A stretch of 64,000 nt of DNA from Lytechinus pictus (lineage: Eukaryota), in assembly GCF_037042905.1 (NCBI RefSeq), contig NC_087250.1:10790001-10854000 (forward strand), in the 5' to 3' direction. How positions within the stretch are numbered: position 1 is the stretch's first letter; each line of letters begins with the position of its first letter. The notes beneath the pieces were generated by a model, which saw nothing but the letters and a program-made list of their open reading frames with translations, was not told the DNA's origin and did no database searches. A program made the translations under genes and the position numbers. Of the stretch, positions 1 through 13,478 are shown piece after piece.

Positions 1-309
1 GAGATCCATTGCCTGCCGTCTCCTGAAGATTTCACTTAAACCGCTGACTATCTGCCCAATCTAGCTCCTCATAAAGAAACTTGGCAAGAAAAAATTGGGA
101 AAATATTCGTTCTCATATAGAAATCCAGTCCTCCTTCTCATTGGCAGTCAGACCTCTTTCCTTTTGGTTGGCGAAACCCGGATGTTTTCCTCAAACAGCT
201 AGAAATGTTTCTTCCTAAAATCGCCACCCCCCCCCCCACCAAACACAGACCTAAAATCACACCACCAATAACAAATCTTGTTTGAAGGTTTGCATGGTTG
301 CATGTACAA

Positions 310-565
310 TCGCTGATGTGGTTTACGGTACACCATGTGGAGTACTATAGAAACAGTGGATAGAAGAAGGGGAAAAAAAAGAAAAAGAAGAAAAAAAAAG
401 AAAATGGATAGGCGAGAAAGTGGAAGAAAGAATACTCTACTCTCAAATTTTCACTTTCTCGCCTATCCATTTCTTTTTTCTTCTTTCTTCGTTTTCTTTA
501 TTTTTCTTCTTCTATCCACTGTTTCTATAAAACTCCACATGGTGTACCGCAAAAAACATCAGCGA
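310..565. repeat. Foldback palindrome derived from the piggyBac-like family seen at 61629
   Basis: tcgctgatg...catcagcga arms of ~110-120 bp; 278-430 matches 61758-61880. Confidence 0.8.
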
Positions 566-1789
566 AAATAATAAATCTGATAGATCACGTTCCCTTCAAC
601 AAACCGCACGACCAATTCTCGCAACGATGAAAATAGTCCAGTAGAATCACAACATGATCGTTAAAGTGGGTATAAGTGCTTTTTTTGGGGGGGGGGGTTG
701 AACATTTTTTTCGAATCAATGACTTAAGAAACGCCCATTATTCGCACTCATCTTGCTCCTGATTTGTCTACTTTACAGAATAAATAATTCATGTTTGGTA
801 TCATATTGAAACTGATGAAAAAATAGAATGTAAATAAATTCATGTGGCATTAAAGTCACGTACAGGTCGTCAAAGGTCGAATTGGGTCACAAAAGGTAAT
901 ACAACATACACTACGAAGCGTCATATGTTCTAAAATATTACATGTAGCGTATCATATGCATATTCTGCTGAAAATTGTAGTTGAGAGTGTGTATATCAAT
1001 AATCTGGAGGTTGCAATCTTGGCACTCTAAGGCAATCTTGTTGATTGACATCATAAGCAACGTCAAATTTTCACATTTCTCTTAATTGACTTTTATAGAT
1101 TACGGAAAGTACATGTGATGTGTTGATAGCAAATTAAAGCTGTTGAAAAGTTTAACTATATGGATCTCATAGCATTGATTGCACGTAAAGTGCAGTTGAA
1201 GGATATTTGAGGTAATAAAAAGGTCAAATTGGGTCACAAAAATGTTGTTACTATAATGCAGAACATACGCAATGTGTTTTAAATACAAACACGTCAATAA
1301 TATTCATTTCGGGGTAAAAGTTGTAGTTTAGGGTTTATATATTAAAATTAAAGTACTTTGTCTTCCTTATAACAATTCTTTTTTTTTTTTTATTGAGCCA
1401 TGCACACATTTTACATAGCCATATTCGTCTTGATACAGTTTTAGGAATAGATATATCGTGTTTGATATTAGATTAAAGTTAATGAAAATTCCAAAATAGA
1501 TATTGACCATTAGGCATTGAGAACATGTGCAGGTCATTTTAAAGTCATTTAAAGTCTTTGTCACAAAGTGAACAAGAATTCAAATCTTAAAAGCATTTTA
1601 ATTAAGCATTTTAAATAGTTGAAATTGGAAAGTTAGTAATCTTAGCAATCCTAGCAATCAAGTTAACCCCAAGAGAACAATTATAGGATCCCAGGCTAGA
1701 GTGCTCTCTGGCGGAATAGGAGAAGTATGTGAATGATGTGTGCTGGGCAGTAGTACCGTGTGCAATGAGCTATGCATGAATGCTTGCTG

Positions 1790-2570
1790 TACAGTGCAAA
1801 TTATGTATGCATATGTATCGTTTGCTCCTCTTATCTTAATAAATTTTGCTCCAGTAAGAATTACTCAGAGGGAATGCTGCATTATCGACCGTGTTTAATT
1901 TCATCCAGTATGAATAACATTACTGTAAAGCACATAATTTCCATCAGCGCAAATTACGTATGCATGCAGTATGTCTCGTTTGCTTCTCGTATCGTAATAT
2001 AATTTTTCATTAAATCACTAGGAGGGAATACTGCATTATCGGCCATGTATTATTTCCTTTAGTATGAATTACATATTGGACATAATTTCCGTAAGTACAA
2101 ATTATGTATGAGTATGTCTCGTTGGAATCTCATATCTTGATATCACTTTTTTCAGTAAAAACATTACTCAGAAGGAATACTGCATTATCGACCGTTAATA
2201 ATTTCTCTTAGTATGAATTACATTACTATATAGGACATAATTTCAATCAATGAAATTTATGCATGCACATGTCTCGTTTCCTTCTCGTATCTGAATATAA
2301 TTTGTTTCAGTAAAAATAACTCAGAGGGAACGCAGCATTACTGAAAGCGTATATTTTCTCTCAGAAAAAATTACATTACTATATATGACATAATTTTCAA
2401 TAGGGCAAATTTAGGAATGCATATATCTCGTTTGCTTCGGGTAGCTTAATATAAATTATTTCAATAAAATTACTAAGAACGATACTGTATTCTTGACCGC
2501 TTATTGTTTCCTCCAGTATGAATTACATTATAATCATGATTATATATTAGACATCATTTCCATCATGGAA
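1790..2570 (+). repeat. Degenerate ~150-bp tandem repeat (about 5 units); related sequence at 27380-27495 and 28270-28490
   Basis: Recurring aattatgtatgcatatgtctcgtttg / ttactcagagggaat.ctgcattatcgaccg / agtatgaattacatt motifs. Confidence 0.75.
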
Positions 2571-2789
2571 ATTATGTTTATAATATATTGCGTTAGTTTG
2601 TTTAATACATGTATTCTATATCAAAATGAAATGGTAATTTTTGTAATTCCCCATTCATTAGAATCTAACAAATGATGATCCATGTCAGTAACCCCCGTCA
2701 GTATCATAATTTATTCAGATTATCAAATTGCTCGGAAAGAAACTGAGAAAAAGCGTAGTTTTGAATTAGGAATTATATAATTTCTCACT

Positions 2790-4303
2790 ATTTCAATAAG
2801 TTGGTGAATCGCCTGGAGAAGCATTTTTTGGGGTGATTTATGAATAAATGTAGCTCTCAGATAAAAACAAAAATCAAAATTACTAATCAAATGAATAAAA
2901 AACATTTCCTGTGAGTTTAGACAAATATGCATAAATTCGCATATTTAATGACTTTCGAAATTCTGTGTGGAAGTTTATTGACATGTAGCTCTACCAGATG
3001 GATTAAAAAATCAAAACATGTTTACAAATAATAAAGAAGAAGAAGCATATTTTGTGATTATGAATACATTTTGTGAATTGTGAAAAATGCAAATAAATTA
3101 GCATATTTAATGAGCTTAAAAATTATGTGTAAAACTTTCAAATCCACAACCTAGTGCTATCATTTAGAGCAATCGGAAATGAAATTGGGCCTGAAATGAC
3201 GAAGAAAAGGCATTTTGAAATTCGGTCAACAAAAAAGAAGAAGAGGCATTTTCAGTGATTTATGAATTTCGCATCAAATTAGCATAAATAATTTTCTAGT
3301 AAAAATGTCAAAATTCTCTGTCAATTTTCAGTGAACCTCATGCAGCTTTACCAGATGAAAGAAAAAAATAACCTTTATCGGTCAATAATTAAAAAAATAG
3401 GGGCATTTTATGTGATTTTTTTTAACTACACATAAGTTGATTTCGCATAAATTAGTATAACAATTTTTCTTGTCAAAATTTCAAATTTCTGTGTAAATAT
3501 TTGATAAAAATCATGAAGCTCTACCAGAAGGAAGCAAAAAAAAAAAATGAATAAAAATCGGTCAGCAAACACCAAGAGAGAAGCATTTTTTTTTGTAAAT
3601 AAAAAAAAAATGCGCATAAATTAGCATATTTAATGCGTTTTTTAATTATGTGTAAAAGTTTTTAATTCCCTACCTAGTGCTATCATAAAAAGCAAACATA
3701 ATTGTAATCGGACTTGAAATTATGAAGAAGAAGCTTTTTAAAATTCTGTCAACAAATAAAGAAGAAAAGGCATTTTCTGTGATTTATGACTTTCGCATAA
3801 ATTAGCATAAATAATTTTCTACCCGAATTTCAAAATTTTGTTCCAAAGTTTGGTGAACCTGATAAAGCTCTACCAGATGGAAAAGAAAATTCCAAAATCG
3901 GTCAAAAATTAAAGAAGAATAGATACTTTATGTGATTTTTTTTCAAACTACGCATAAATGACCCAAAAATTTTCTTACAAATCACATATATTATTATTAT
4001 TATTATTATTCAAAAGGTCAAAAATATGTGTAAAAATTTGGTGAACTTCATGAAACTCTACTAGATGGAAGAAAAAAAAATCGGTTAATAAAGAAGGAGA
4101 ATCATTTTTGGTGAATTTTGAATAATGTGCATAAATTAGCATATTTAATGAGTTTTAAAAATCTCTGTAGAAGTTTTGATCCCTTGTCTAGTGCTATGAC
4201 ATAAAGCAAACATAACTGAAATCGGACTTGAAATGACGAAGAAGAAGCATTTTGAAATTGTGGACGGACGACGGACGCCACGCCACGGCATAAGGAGCTG
4301 AAA
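2790..4303 (+). mobile_element. Non-autonomous Helentron/HINE-like element with internal degenerate tandem repeats
   Basis: Repeated gcataaattagcatatttaatg, agctctaccagatgga and gaagaagcatttt units, ending in a GACG microsatellite (ggacggacgacggacgcc) and gagctgaaaa. 5' boundary approximate. Confidence 0.6.
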
Positions 4304-7300
4304 ACACGTTCATTATGCTCTGGAAAACGTGAAGCAGCTTACCACCGCAGATTCTCAACTACTAAATTCTTACAAGGTTCCCTACTCATAATGCAACACT
4401 TTGCACTGTGCATTTATCCTTAAAATAAAATAAGTTCCTGCAGCAGAGTCTCGAGAACACCTGTAATCTTACCGAACTGCGTAAGATTACAGGAAATCGA
4501 TATTCGGTGTATGTAACCTTACAAATGTCCTTAAATAAAACACCCTTTTCCCCTTTTTAAACAGACCTCTTCTGTTAAATTGCTGAAAAATTCCTGTTTT
4601 AGGAATTTACAGAATGACACTGTTATTGCTTTTTGAAAAATCTTATTTTTTCTGTAAAATCAGGTTTTTTTTTACAGTGAGAGGAGTGTAGGCTTGCTAT
4701 AATAGTCCCAATTGAATTGTAAATTCATTCGTCAATACATCTTACAGCAATAATACAAAAATCTTGTTGCAAAAAATCCCATGTAAAAAGAAAAAAAATG
4801 CAGTTTCACGATACAAATGAAATAATTTTATAATTGACTTTCTTTATTATCAATAATTATCTCAAAATGTAAATTTTAAGACTACCTGTTTACAACCCAC
4901 ATTCAATGCACACACACGCACACTTCATTTCTTCATTGTTCTTCTTTATCCTTTCCTGATGTTTGTGACATAAGATTTTCTTCCAGGCCTATGGAATATA
5001 ATTGGTTTCCATGTAGCCCCTTTTTCCTTTTGGCTGCTACTACTCCACATTTATTTTGCCAATATAGTTTGCCACTGCATTTGTTTGTCACTACTTTGTC
5101 CTATCATTAATTTGTATTTATGTCTAAATTTTGTTATGGCACTGCTATAAATTTGTCATATTACAATGTACTTTAATGTCATGTTACGATTATGTTAATG
5201 TATTGTAAATTTATTTTGACTTTACAATTAATGCAGAAACACCTGCAAAAAGAAGATAGACAACAAACAAGTGTTTAATGGGAGTATGAGAGTATTAATA
5301 TCTCGTTTACCATCTGAATTTCTTTCTGATACTTTGAAATTGGCAATCTCGCTTACTCGTGTACGTGTAATGGGTCATGCTGAGACACAACGTGATAATT
5401 CTATTATTGTTATTATTATTGTGGATGAATCCAATGAAGGCTTACATTTAATTCTAATCATATTAAATATCATTATTGTATTGATAACCATGGCCATAGT
5501 GTGACCATGGCGAATATTACATTCAACTATGCTTAGCCTTGTCCCACGATGGACGGAGAAAATGGTTCCAACTGCTGTCTCTTAATCTGATGATAACAAG
5601 ATTGGAAACCGTAAGCGTTAATTTCTTTCAGCAAAAATTTTTTTTTTACTCTACTCTGTGTTTTTGATGGATTTTTTTTTAAAAAAAGCAGAGCGCTCAT
5701 ACACCATACACTGTCAAAACGTTATTTAAAATCAGAATGATGATAACCATATTAAGAACCTTACAGTAGTTGTTTGTTAGTTTAAAAACTGTATTTAGCA
5801 TGGGTGTTTAAATACAACCATGCCTAATTTATTGAGAATTGAAAATTATTATCCTCATACCATGCATACAAAGCTTTGATTTTATTTATTTAAATCTTTT
5901 CATTTAGTTTTAAGTACCTCATTGCCGTGGTCCATTACCATGATATTTATTTATTTCCTTTTTTGGGAAGAGGGGGGGGGGGGGGGGGTTAACAATGTTT
6001 GGGTGAATCAGCACTTTTCACAACCTCTACCACTATTACAAGCTTGATTCCAACTCAAAAACGTTGACCTCCCAAGAGGCATGCATTAACGACAAGATAT
6101 AAACTGATCATTAATGTCTTTTAAATCATATCTAGAGCAGGGTCTTATCATCTCTCATAATACAAAAAGAAACCGCATTAGCGACATAACTTCTTTCAAA
6201 TTGAAAGCTAATTTCTTAGATACCTCCTTGATACCACGTAGCATATTTCTATCTTTCTCTCTATCTCTCACTCTTTCTACATTCTAAGGGGGGGGGGGGG
6301 TGATTCTGAATAGCTACTGAGCATACTCAATAAACTAAATCAGCCAAAATATCGTCAGGTCAGCGGGAAATATCAATGACAGTACAAGCAAAAGTGAATA
6401 CACGAGCGGTATAATCATTTTTATAAGTCCCCGATGGAAAGGGGGGGGGGGTGGTTACTAGAAAGAATTACAGAGTTCCACAATGTGTGTCACAGTATGT
6501 TCACAGTGTATAACACAATGTGAAATCAACTTGAACTTCACACTGTTAACTTTGAGCATTTCGACAGTGTGAATCACAGATTTCACATAGTCGACCATGT
6601 AAATACGCGGTGAACAGTGTCGAGGTGAAAATATCTTCACACTGTCCAGACTGTTGAATTCGAGCATTTTGACAATGTGAATAATATATTTGCATATTCC
6701 ACTATGTGAACACACTGTGAAAACAACTGTGTTAGGGGGTAGTCTATAGGGAAACTATTGCACGTGCGGGAGTTTAATACTCTGATTTAATACTCGTGAC
6801 ACATCGATTAAATGAGATAAACATTAAAGTAGGTCTCTACCACTTCATATTTATTGACTGATTATTCATTTTAACACAAATGCAGTAAACACATTATTAT
6901 ATAATATGGGTTTATGATATTGGAAGACAAGCGAACTGTTCGATGGAACAACAAATGATCGATGAAAATACATAACAGTTCTGGTAACGTGCGTGAACTC
7001 ATTATACAGAAGCAAGTGTTTTGCGATTCAAATGCTAATTTCAAAGCTCTCTGAAATTTTATCAATGAACTTCAGTGTTCATACTTGTGAAAGATAAACT
7101 TAATATAATTTATTATGAACATACTGCACCTCTTAACAGAAGTTATGTAATTACAAACATTAAAATCAAAACTTGATGTGTACGAATTCCTTAGCTATCG
7201 GAACTCATGTGATATTATTACTTTCATGATTTTCTTCGCAATAGCTCTCAATAAATCATCATTGATACAATTATGTGTACACACACTATACAGCTTGAAT

Positions 7301-10300
7301 AAAAACGAGACGCACTCTTCAAACATAGTACCTGCAGTAAGCATTTTCCAAATACTTTCTATTGTGTTTCGAGTATGAGTGCAAGTAACCCAATAAATCA
7401 TTGCATAAAAAAAATTATAGAAAATAAGAAAACAATGTACAGACCCTTTAATTAAAACACGGAACACTACTATTCATGATTAATAGAAAAATGGTACATT
7501 TCTTATTTGACGAATTGCATTAAAAGCAAAAAAATTTCAAATTTGATCTCTAGGAAGAACAGTGTCATTATATCAATGGTTCTGAATAGAGTTATCCATC
7601 TGTATCAACCTAAGTCTTTATATATTCAATCTTGATATTTTCAAATTATATTTTGTCGTGATTTTTAAACAGTAAATGAAACCAAACCAAAGATTCCGAG
7701 ACATGTGCATGATAATTTGCAATTTCTGTTTTCTTCCAAACTTACGAACATTAATTTTCATCTTTTTGTTTAGAGAAAAACAATCATGGGAAAATGATTC
7801 TACTTATGCAAGTTGTGTACTCTATTTTTTTATCTCTTAGTCTTTAATTCTTATATTCTAAATTGATTTTAGTATTAAACTAAAAGCATATCTGATTCAG
7901 GAGTTTGTTCAGTAAATGATGTATATAATAAATATATCCAGAAGTGAATTTATGTATTCGATTCATTTCAACCAAATTATGGTCAACCCGTTCAAGCTAA
8001 AGTTTGTGAATGGGACAATACCATAACATAAAAAAAAATGCAAATCAGCAATATCAACAAAAGGACATGCATAAAGTGTTGTTCATGCAAATATAGTAAA
8101 ATACAATCAAATCGAATTAAATGTGCACAATCGCATATTCGGATCTCAACAATACGGTCCTTGCGACTTTATTATTTGTATTTCGAGGGAACATAACTCC
8201 ATTATCGCAATAGTGAGATAACGAAAATTGCTTCAAAAAGGATTAGCTCTAAGACGAGAGTCTCCTGTTTTTTTGAAAATAAAACAGTGAAAAATCAAGA
8301 TTCAACTGACACATAATACATACATGAACAGACAAATCAAAACTGTCAAAGTACATCAATCAAAAATAAATGTTCAAATCATTGTTTTTATAGTATATAC
8401 AGTACAATTCACTGTAACAATATGAAATAAAAGAAAAACAAATAACTATGCATTAATGACATTCAACACAGTAATGTTCATATTTTTTTGAAAAACCATA
8501 CAGGCATCCTATACATTTAGCTTTACAGTTTACATGGAAATATACATTGGTTTACAAATTTGAAAAATACTACTACGAAAAGGAACAAAATCGAATAACG
8601 TGACATCTGAACGTGACATCTAAATTCCCCAAAATATAATATCTCAATATTCTGAAATAAATGAATACACCACTGTGCAATTTAATCATGTTCGTATTGA
8701 CATGATCTAAATCTATCCCTAAGTTGCTTTGAGCGGAGCAGAATATAAAGGAATACTTATATCAAATTGTACATGGTCATCTGTTCAGTTCTATTAAAAT
8801 AAATCATTGCCAGGACAATTTCTACCAGGAAATTAACATAAAACATATAACATATTATAAGGCAGTATATACACGCATTGCTATAGCTACTACCAACAGT
8901 AATTTATTAACATATCGTAACAAATATACGTACATAAAATGAATAGATTTCATCATGGGGAGATTAGTATGCAGTAGTAAAGCTATACCATGCAATACAG
9001 CTAATATGCATACATAACAGTATCGAGCAACGTTTAGTTCCAAAACGATATATTTATTTTTCTTTACTAAACCATTATTTATGTTAAGTCCTAAGCATCT
9101 TCGAATTCATGTTTATAGAATTAAATTCAAGCTGAAAAGATCACTGAAAAATAATAAATCAACAAGTTTGGAAGCCTGTTCTCCAAACCACAGAACAGTA
9201 AATTAAAAAAATCTCGACCCACTGAAAGTACCTTCAATAATTATAGCGATTCACTCATAAAAAAACATGTTTCTGTTGTTAAATATATGTCCAAATGACG
9301 AATTTATTGATAAGAATCAACCATAAATTTGATCTACATTAACCCTTTTTAACAGACCGCCAGTTATTCACTAATCAAATTGTTAAATTTGACCAAATCC
9401 GCATAAATGTTTTCACCGTGGACCGCAAGAAAGATAAACACTGAACATTACCATAACCAATGAATTCATCTTACTCTGTCAGTATCACAATCATGTTCTA
9501 CGCAAATTCCTGTCTTTGATCTTAACACGACAGTCCCATTTTACAACAGGATTGCGTCTTTTGATTTCTATAATAACGGATGCGCACACAAAAATAACTT
9601 CTTTAAAGTCATACAAATGCACGTGCAGTTGTGGGCTGAATATAAACATTGTCGTATGACAATTTTTTGGAAATTGCATGTAACTTAATGAAAAGGCAAT
9701 TACATTCGGCTGGAACAGACATACTCAAAGCTCGCCTCAAAACTTAGTCTATCAATTTACCTGGCTTGGAGATAAACAGCGAGCTTTAGCAATTGCAACG
9801 GGGACGGCAAACAAAATTTATTGAAAATACCCGTCAAATCACAATTGACATTTTTATACAGGATTATGTTGAGAAGTGGTGAACCGCGAGAGCACATCGT
9901 CCTAAGATTCAGATCTGACGAAAAATGCAAACATGTCGTTGGTTCAAGACACTACTCTTTTGATTCACCAATTTTCCTCAAACTAAGGCAGCTATGTCAT
10001 GAAGAACCTTTGTATTGGTTGCAAAAATTCCCTATTAAGGCAGCTGCCTAATTTTCTTTCAAAGTAAGGCCATGTCCATTAGTGTCCCTCCTGCAATAAT
10101 CAGTTTTATATCACACACATTTTATGATTTCAGTTCAGCACACCATCCAATGGGGGGGGGGGGTATATAATTAAGCAAAAACAAAAACAAGGACAAATAG
10201 AATGTTGCATGTTTCTTCTCCTGTGAAAATTTGTCATCTCAAGCCTTTATTAACAGCGTTGTATCAAATGAATAGTATCATCACTATGCGGTGGTAAAAA

Positions 10301-10403
10301 TCTGAGAAAAAAATCCCCCAGTTATTATATAGCTTGATTTGCCGTTTTTCCCTTTCTACATTTTTTTTTAAATATGATTAATTTTTTTTTTGGTGGTGAT
10401 TAA

Positions 10404-11004
10404 AGGGATGGTCAAGGCTAAAGATATTTATATCTCAATAAATAAAGTAAAATTCACAAAGCCGGCAAAATTCTGAAAATTTGATCAAAATCGGATAACA
10501 AGTAACGAAGTCATTGAATTTTAAAATTTTGCATTATTCCGGTAAAACAGTTCTAGGCATGTCTTTATGAATATGTTTTAGGTGGGCTGATAATGTCATG
10601 TCCCCAATTGTTCTTTTGTATTTTATTACATGAAATTATATTAATTCAAACACTTTCTACCAAGAACTAAAACAATTGGATTGTCAACTGATTGAGTGCA
10701 TTACTTATTTATTGCCACAACTTATTTCATCACAATGGAGACACATCATTTACACAGGTATAAAAGTGAAATAATCATGATTTCATTTAATAACATAAAA
10801 AAGGGAAATGGGGATATTACATCATCAGTCAACCTAATGAATATTCATGACGATGTGCGTATAACTGATTTTACGAAATATTGATAATTTTAAAATTCAA
10901 TAACTGTTATTTGTTATTCGATTTTGATCAAATTTTCAGAATTTTGCTCCGTGAATTTTACTCTATTTACTTAGATATAACTATTTTCTGCCCGGATCAT
11001 CCCT
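10404..11004. mobile_element. Kolobok/T2-type MITE with TTAA TSD
   Basis: TTAA|AGGGATGGTC ... GATCATCCCT|TTAA, with long imperfect inverted arms. Confidence 0.85.
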
Positions 11005-11309
11005 TTAAAGCTTAACAGTGCAAGCATGCACTAGTAAATAGTGCTGTTGTTGGTGTGATGATGAGGCATTCACTTTTGGTATGTAAGTCGTGTTTAAAAC
11101 CAGCCATCTTGCCACTGATACGGTCATGCACATCATTACTTCATTAAAGATATATTTAAAAAATGTAACGGTTAAGAAAGTTACACTAATTACTTATTTA
11201 CTATTTAAATGTTTGATCATTAACTCAATTTGCAGATGGTCTTGTCCTTTATGCAATAATATTTAATATGCAAAACACGGGGCGTAGACAATTTCTTGCG
11301 AAAGCTTAA

Positions 11310-11893
11310 AGGAGAATAAAACTCTTGGAGCAAGTTAGCTTTTGTGAAAGCAGAAAAATCAAAGAATAAGATCAACAAAACTTTGAGTAAAATAGGACTA
11401 GCGATAAAAGAGTTATAAGCATTTGAATGTCGAGATCACTAATGTTATGGAGATCCTCCCATTGGCAATGCGACCAAGATCTGTGATGTCACACACGTAC
11501 AACTCTCCCATTTGGACACTGAAAATATACCCCAAAACATCTCTTTTTGCTTATTCTAATCATATGACAAACGATTCATCAATGGTATAATGTTGTGAAA
11601 CCTCTGTACTTGTCATCTCATAAAGAGAACACCTCACCATGTGATAGACTCTATAAAAGTGAGAATATAAAGTGAAATAAGTACTAGAGTAATGAGGGAG
11701 TTGTACGTGTGTGATATCACAGATCTTGGTCGCATTGCCGATGGGAGGATCTACATGGCACTAGTGATCTCAATATTTAAATGCTCATAACTTTCTTATT
11801 ATTCATTCAATCTTCCTCAAACTTTCAACAATATGTTTCTTTGATTTTTCTCTTTGATATGGATTCAGCTGGTTTCAAGGGTTTCATTCTCCT
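11310..11893. mobile_element. Kolobok/T2-type MITE with TTAA TSD (second family)
   Basis: TTAA|AGGAGAATAAAAC ... GTTTCATTCTCCT|TTAA; internal arms such as caatgcgaccaagatctgtgat / atcacagatcttggtcgcattg. Confidence 0.85.
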
Positions 11894-12063
11894 TTAAGAA
11901 TTCACGGCCTTTCAATGGATCTCATTTACAGAATGCTTCCTGGCTAAATTCTTGCGCGTATCCAGTTTTTTGTCGCCGCTTTATACCCACAGTCAAGTTT
12001 GAACAAAATCCTCGAAGATTTTGCTCGTGAATTCTGTTGCCGAATCGTCCAGCGTCTTGTCGG

Positions 12064-12071
12064 TTATGTCG
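12064..12071 (-). CDS. Candidate last coding exon of the ROCO gene (adds T-T-stop, then 3' UTR)
   Basis: Good acceptor tcttttattcatcttatag|CGACATAA; a phase-1 join gives ACG ACA TAA. An alternative acceptor at 10090 (attattgcag|GAGG) is also possible, so this call is tentative. Confidence 0.4.
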
Positions 12072-13184
12072 CTATAAGATGAATAAAAGAGATATCTGAG
12101 TTAAGATTTAATATCTCTAGGTCGTAATCAACAACCACCTTTAGTGATATAATCTTTTTGAGGTTATAATTTTACCGTTTCCTGGTAATTCTGCCATGCC
12201 TATCTTTTCTTTGTCGTTTTAGTTGAGCAGTGAAATATAAATGAGAGTATAGTTTGCCTTAAACACAACAAAATTCTATATAATATATATTGCATCAAGG
12301 TTCTAAGGGAACCATGATTTGTGGATTAAATAGTATTTCTTAAAAAATAGAGAACGCTTGATTTCTGCCGTATAATGTAGCTCTTGGATGATAACCGAAT
12401 TCTATATTAAAATAATGAGATTAATTTTCATTTTGAGCAGCTAAAAGTAATAATGAATCGTGTAATTGTTTGTAATAAACACAATGCCTTGTTGTGGCAA
12501 TCTCTTATAATCAGGGCTAATCCAGCTGATTTTTTTAAAGAAAAGAACAATGTTTGTTTCGATCATTGTTTGAGGGGGTGAAAACAATTAAAATCATTTG
12601 TTTTTTCAATCTGTATTATTATTTTTTTTTTAATGGGGTACCATGTTTTGAATACGAGTATACGTTTGGTCATTTTGGACTCCTCTCTACGTCACGCTGA
12701 AACATTACAAATATATCAAGCATCTTAAACAACTTATAAAAAACGAAACAACGAATTATCGGAATCGTATTAAAAGAAAGTACATTTCGCAGTCACAAAC
12801 ACGCACGGACATATAGACAGACACGCATACATACATACATACACAAATTTTCTTACAAATGGAACGAACACTGCATTTCTAACCTATAGATAGTTCATGG
12901 ACTAAAGTCTAAAGTTTGGTAAGGGTCAGTAGTATGAACTTTATTTATCAAAGCTAATGACAAGTTTTAAGATTCTACAGTTAATAATGAAAGAATACGT
13001 TGAACAACATGCGGGTAAATGGAGACTATGTAAACATATTGAATATCATAGACAAGATCACATAATATAAGAATAAGAAATAAATACGGTGTTATAACAA
13101 GAAAAATATCACAGGTTTAATTTGAAAAAAAAAATATTGGGGCTTCTCCGTATAATATTTGGGTGTTGAATTTTTTGTACTTAC

Positions 13185-13478
13185 TTAAAGGAAAGAGTTC
13201 ATCAGCAAGACGGATTTCATCTGACCTCTCTAAAGCAATCTTCAATTCTTCTCTTTCTGTACCAGGTTTTTGCTTACGAAGCCAATCCCGGAGCATGAGA
13301 AGAGTTCCATCATATGTTACATGTTGTGTTTTGTGGTTAGTAGCTATGTATTTCTGTATGTCTTCAGGAGCAAACCGAAGATTTAATCCTAACTTGTCTA
13401 TCTGCGAGTTTTGCGGGACTCTGCTGGCGACCGTGATCAAGATGCTATCAAACTTGTCTTCTGTGGATCTCAAGTTAG
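13185..13478 (-). CDS. ROCO gene exon encoding a complete death domain (ANLRSTEDKFDSILITVA...KLGLNLRF...DIQKYIATN...VTYDGTLLMLRDW...ELKIALE...LADELFPL)
   Basis: tttattccccag|CT acceptor and TTAA|gtaagt donor; 294 nt, phase 1-1, matching the upstream phase-1 donors. Death-fold pattern LG..L.F...I, ML..W, L..AL, LA..L. Confidence 0.88.

Noticed and set aside
12176..12199. Possible 24-nt mini-exon (atag|GCATGG...AAACG|gtaaaa)
   Set aside because: The acceptor region is purine-rich with no polypyrimidine tract; it cannot be supported without RNA data.
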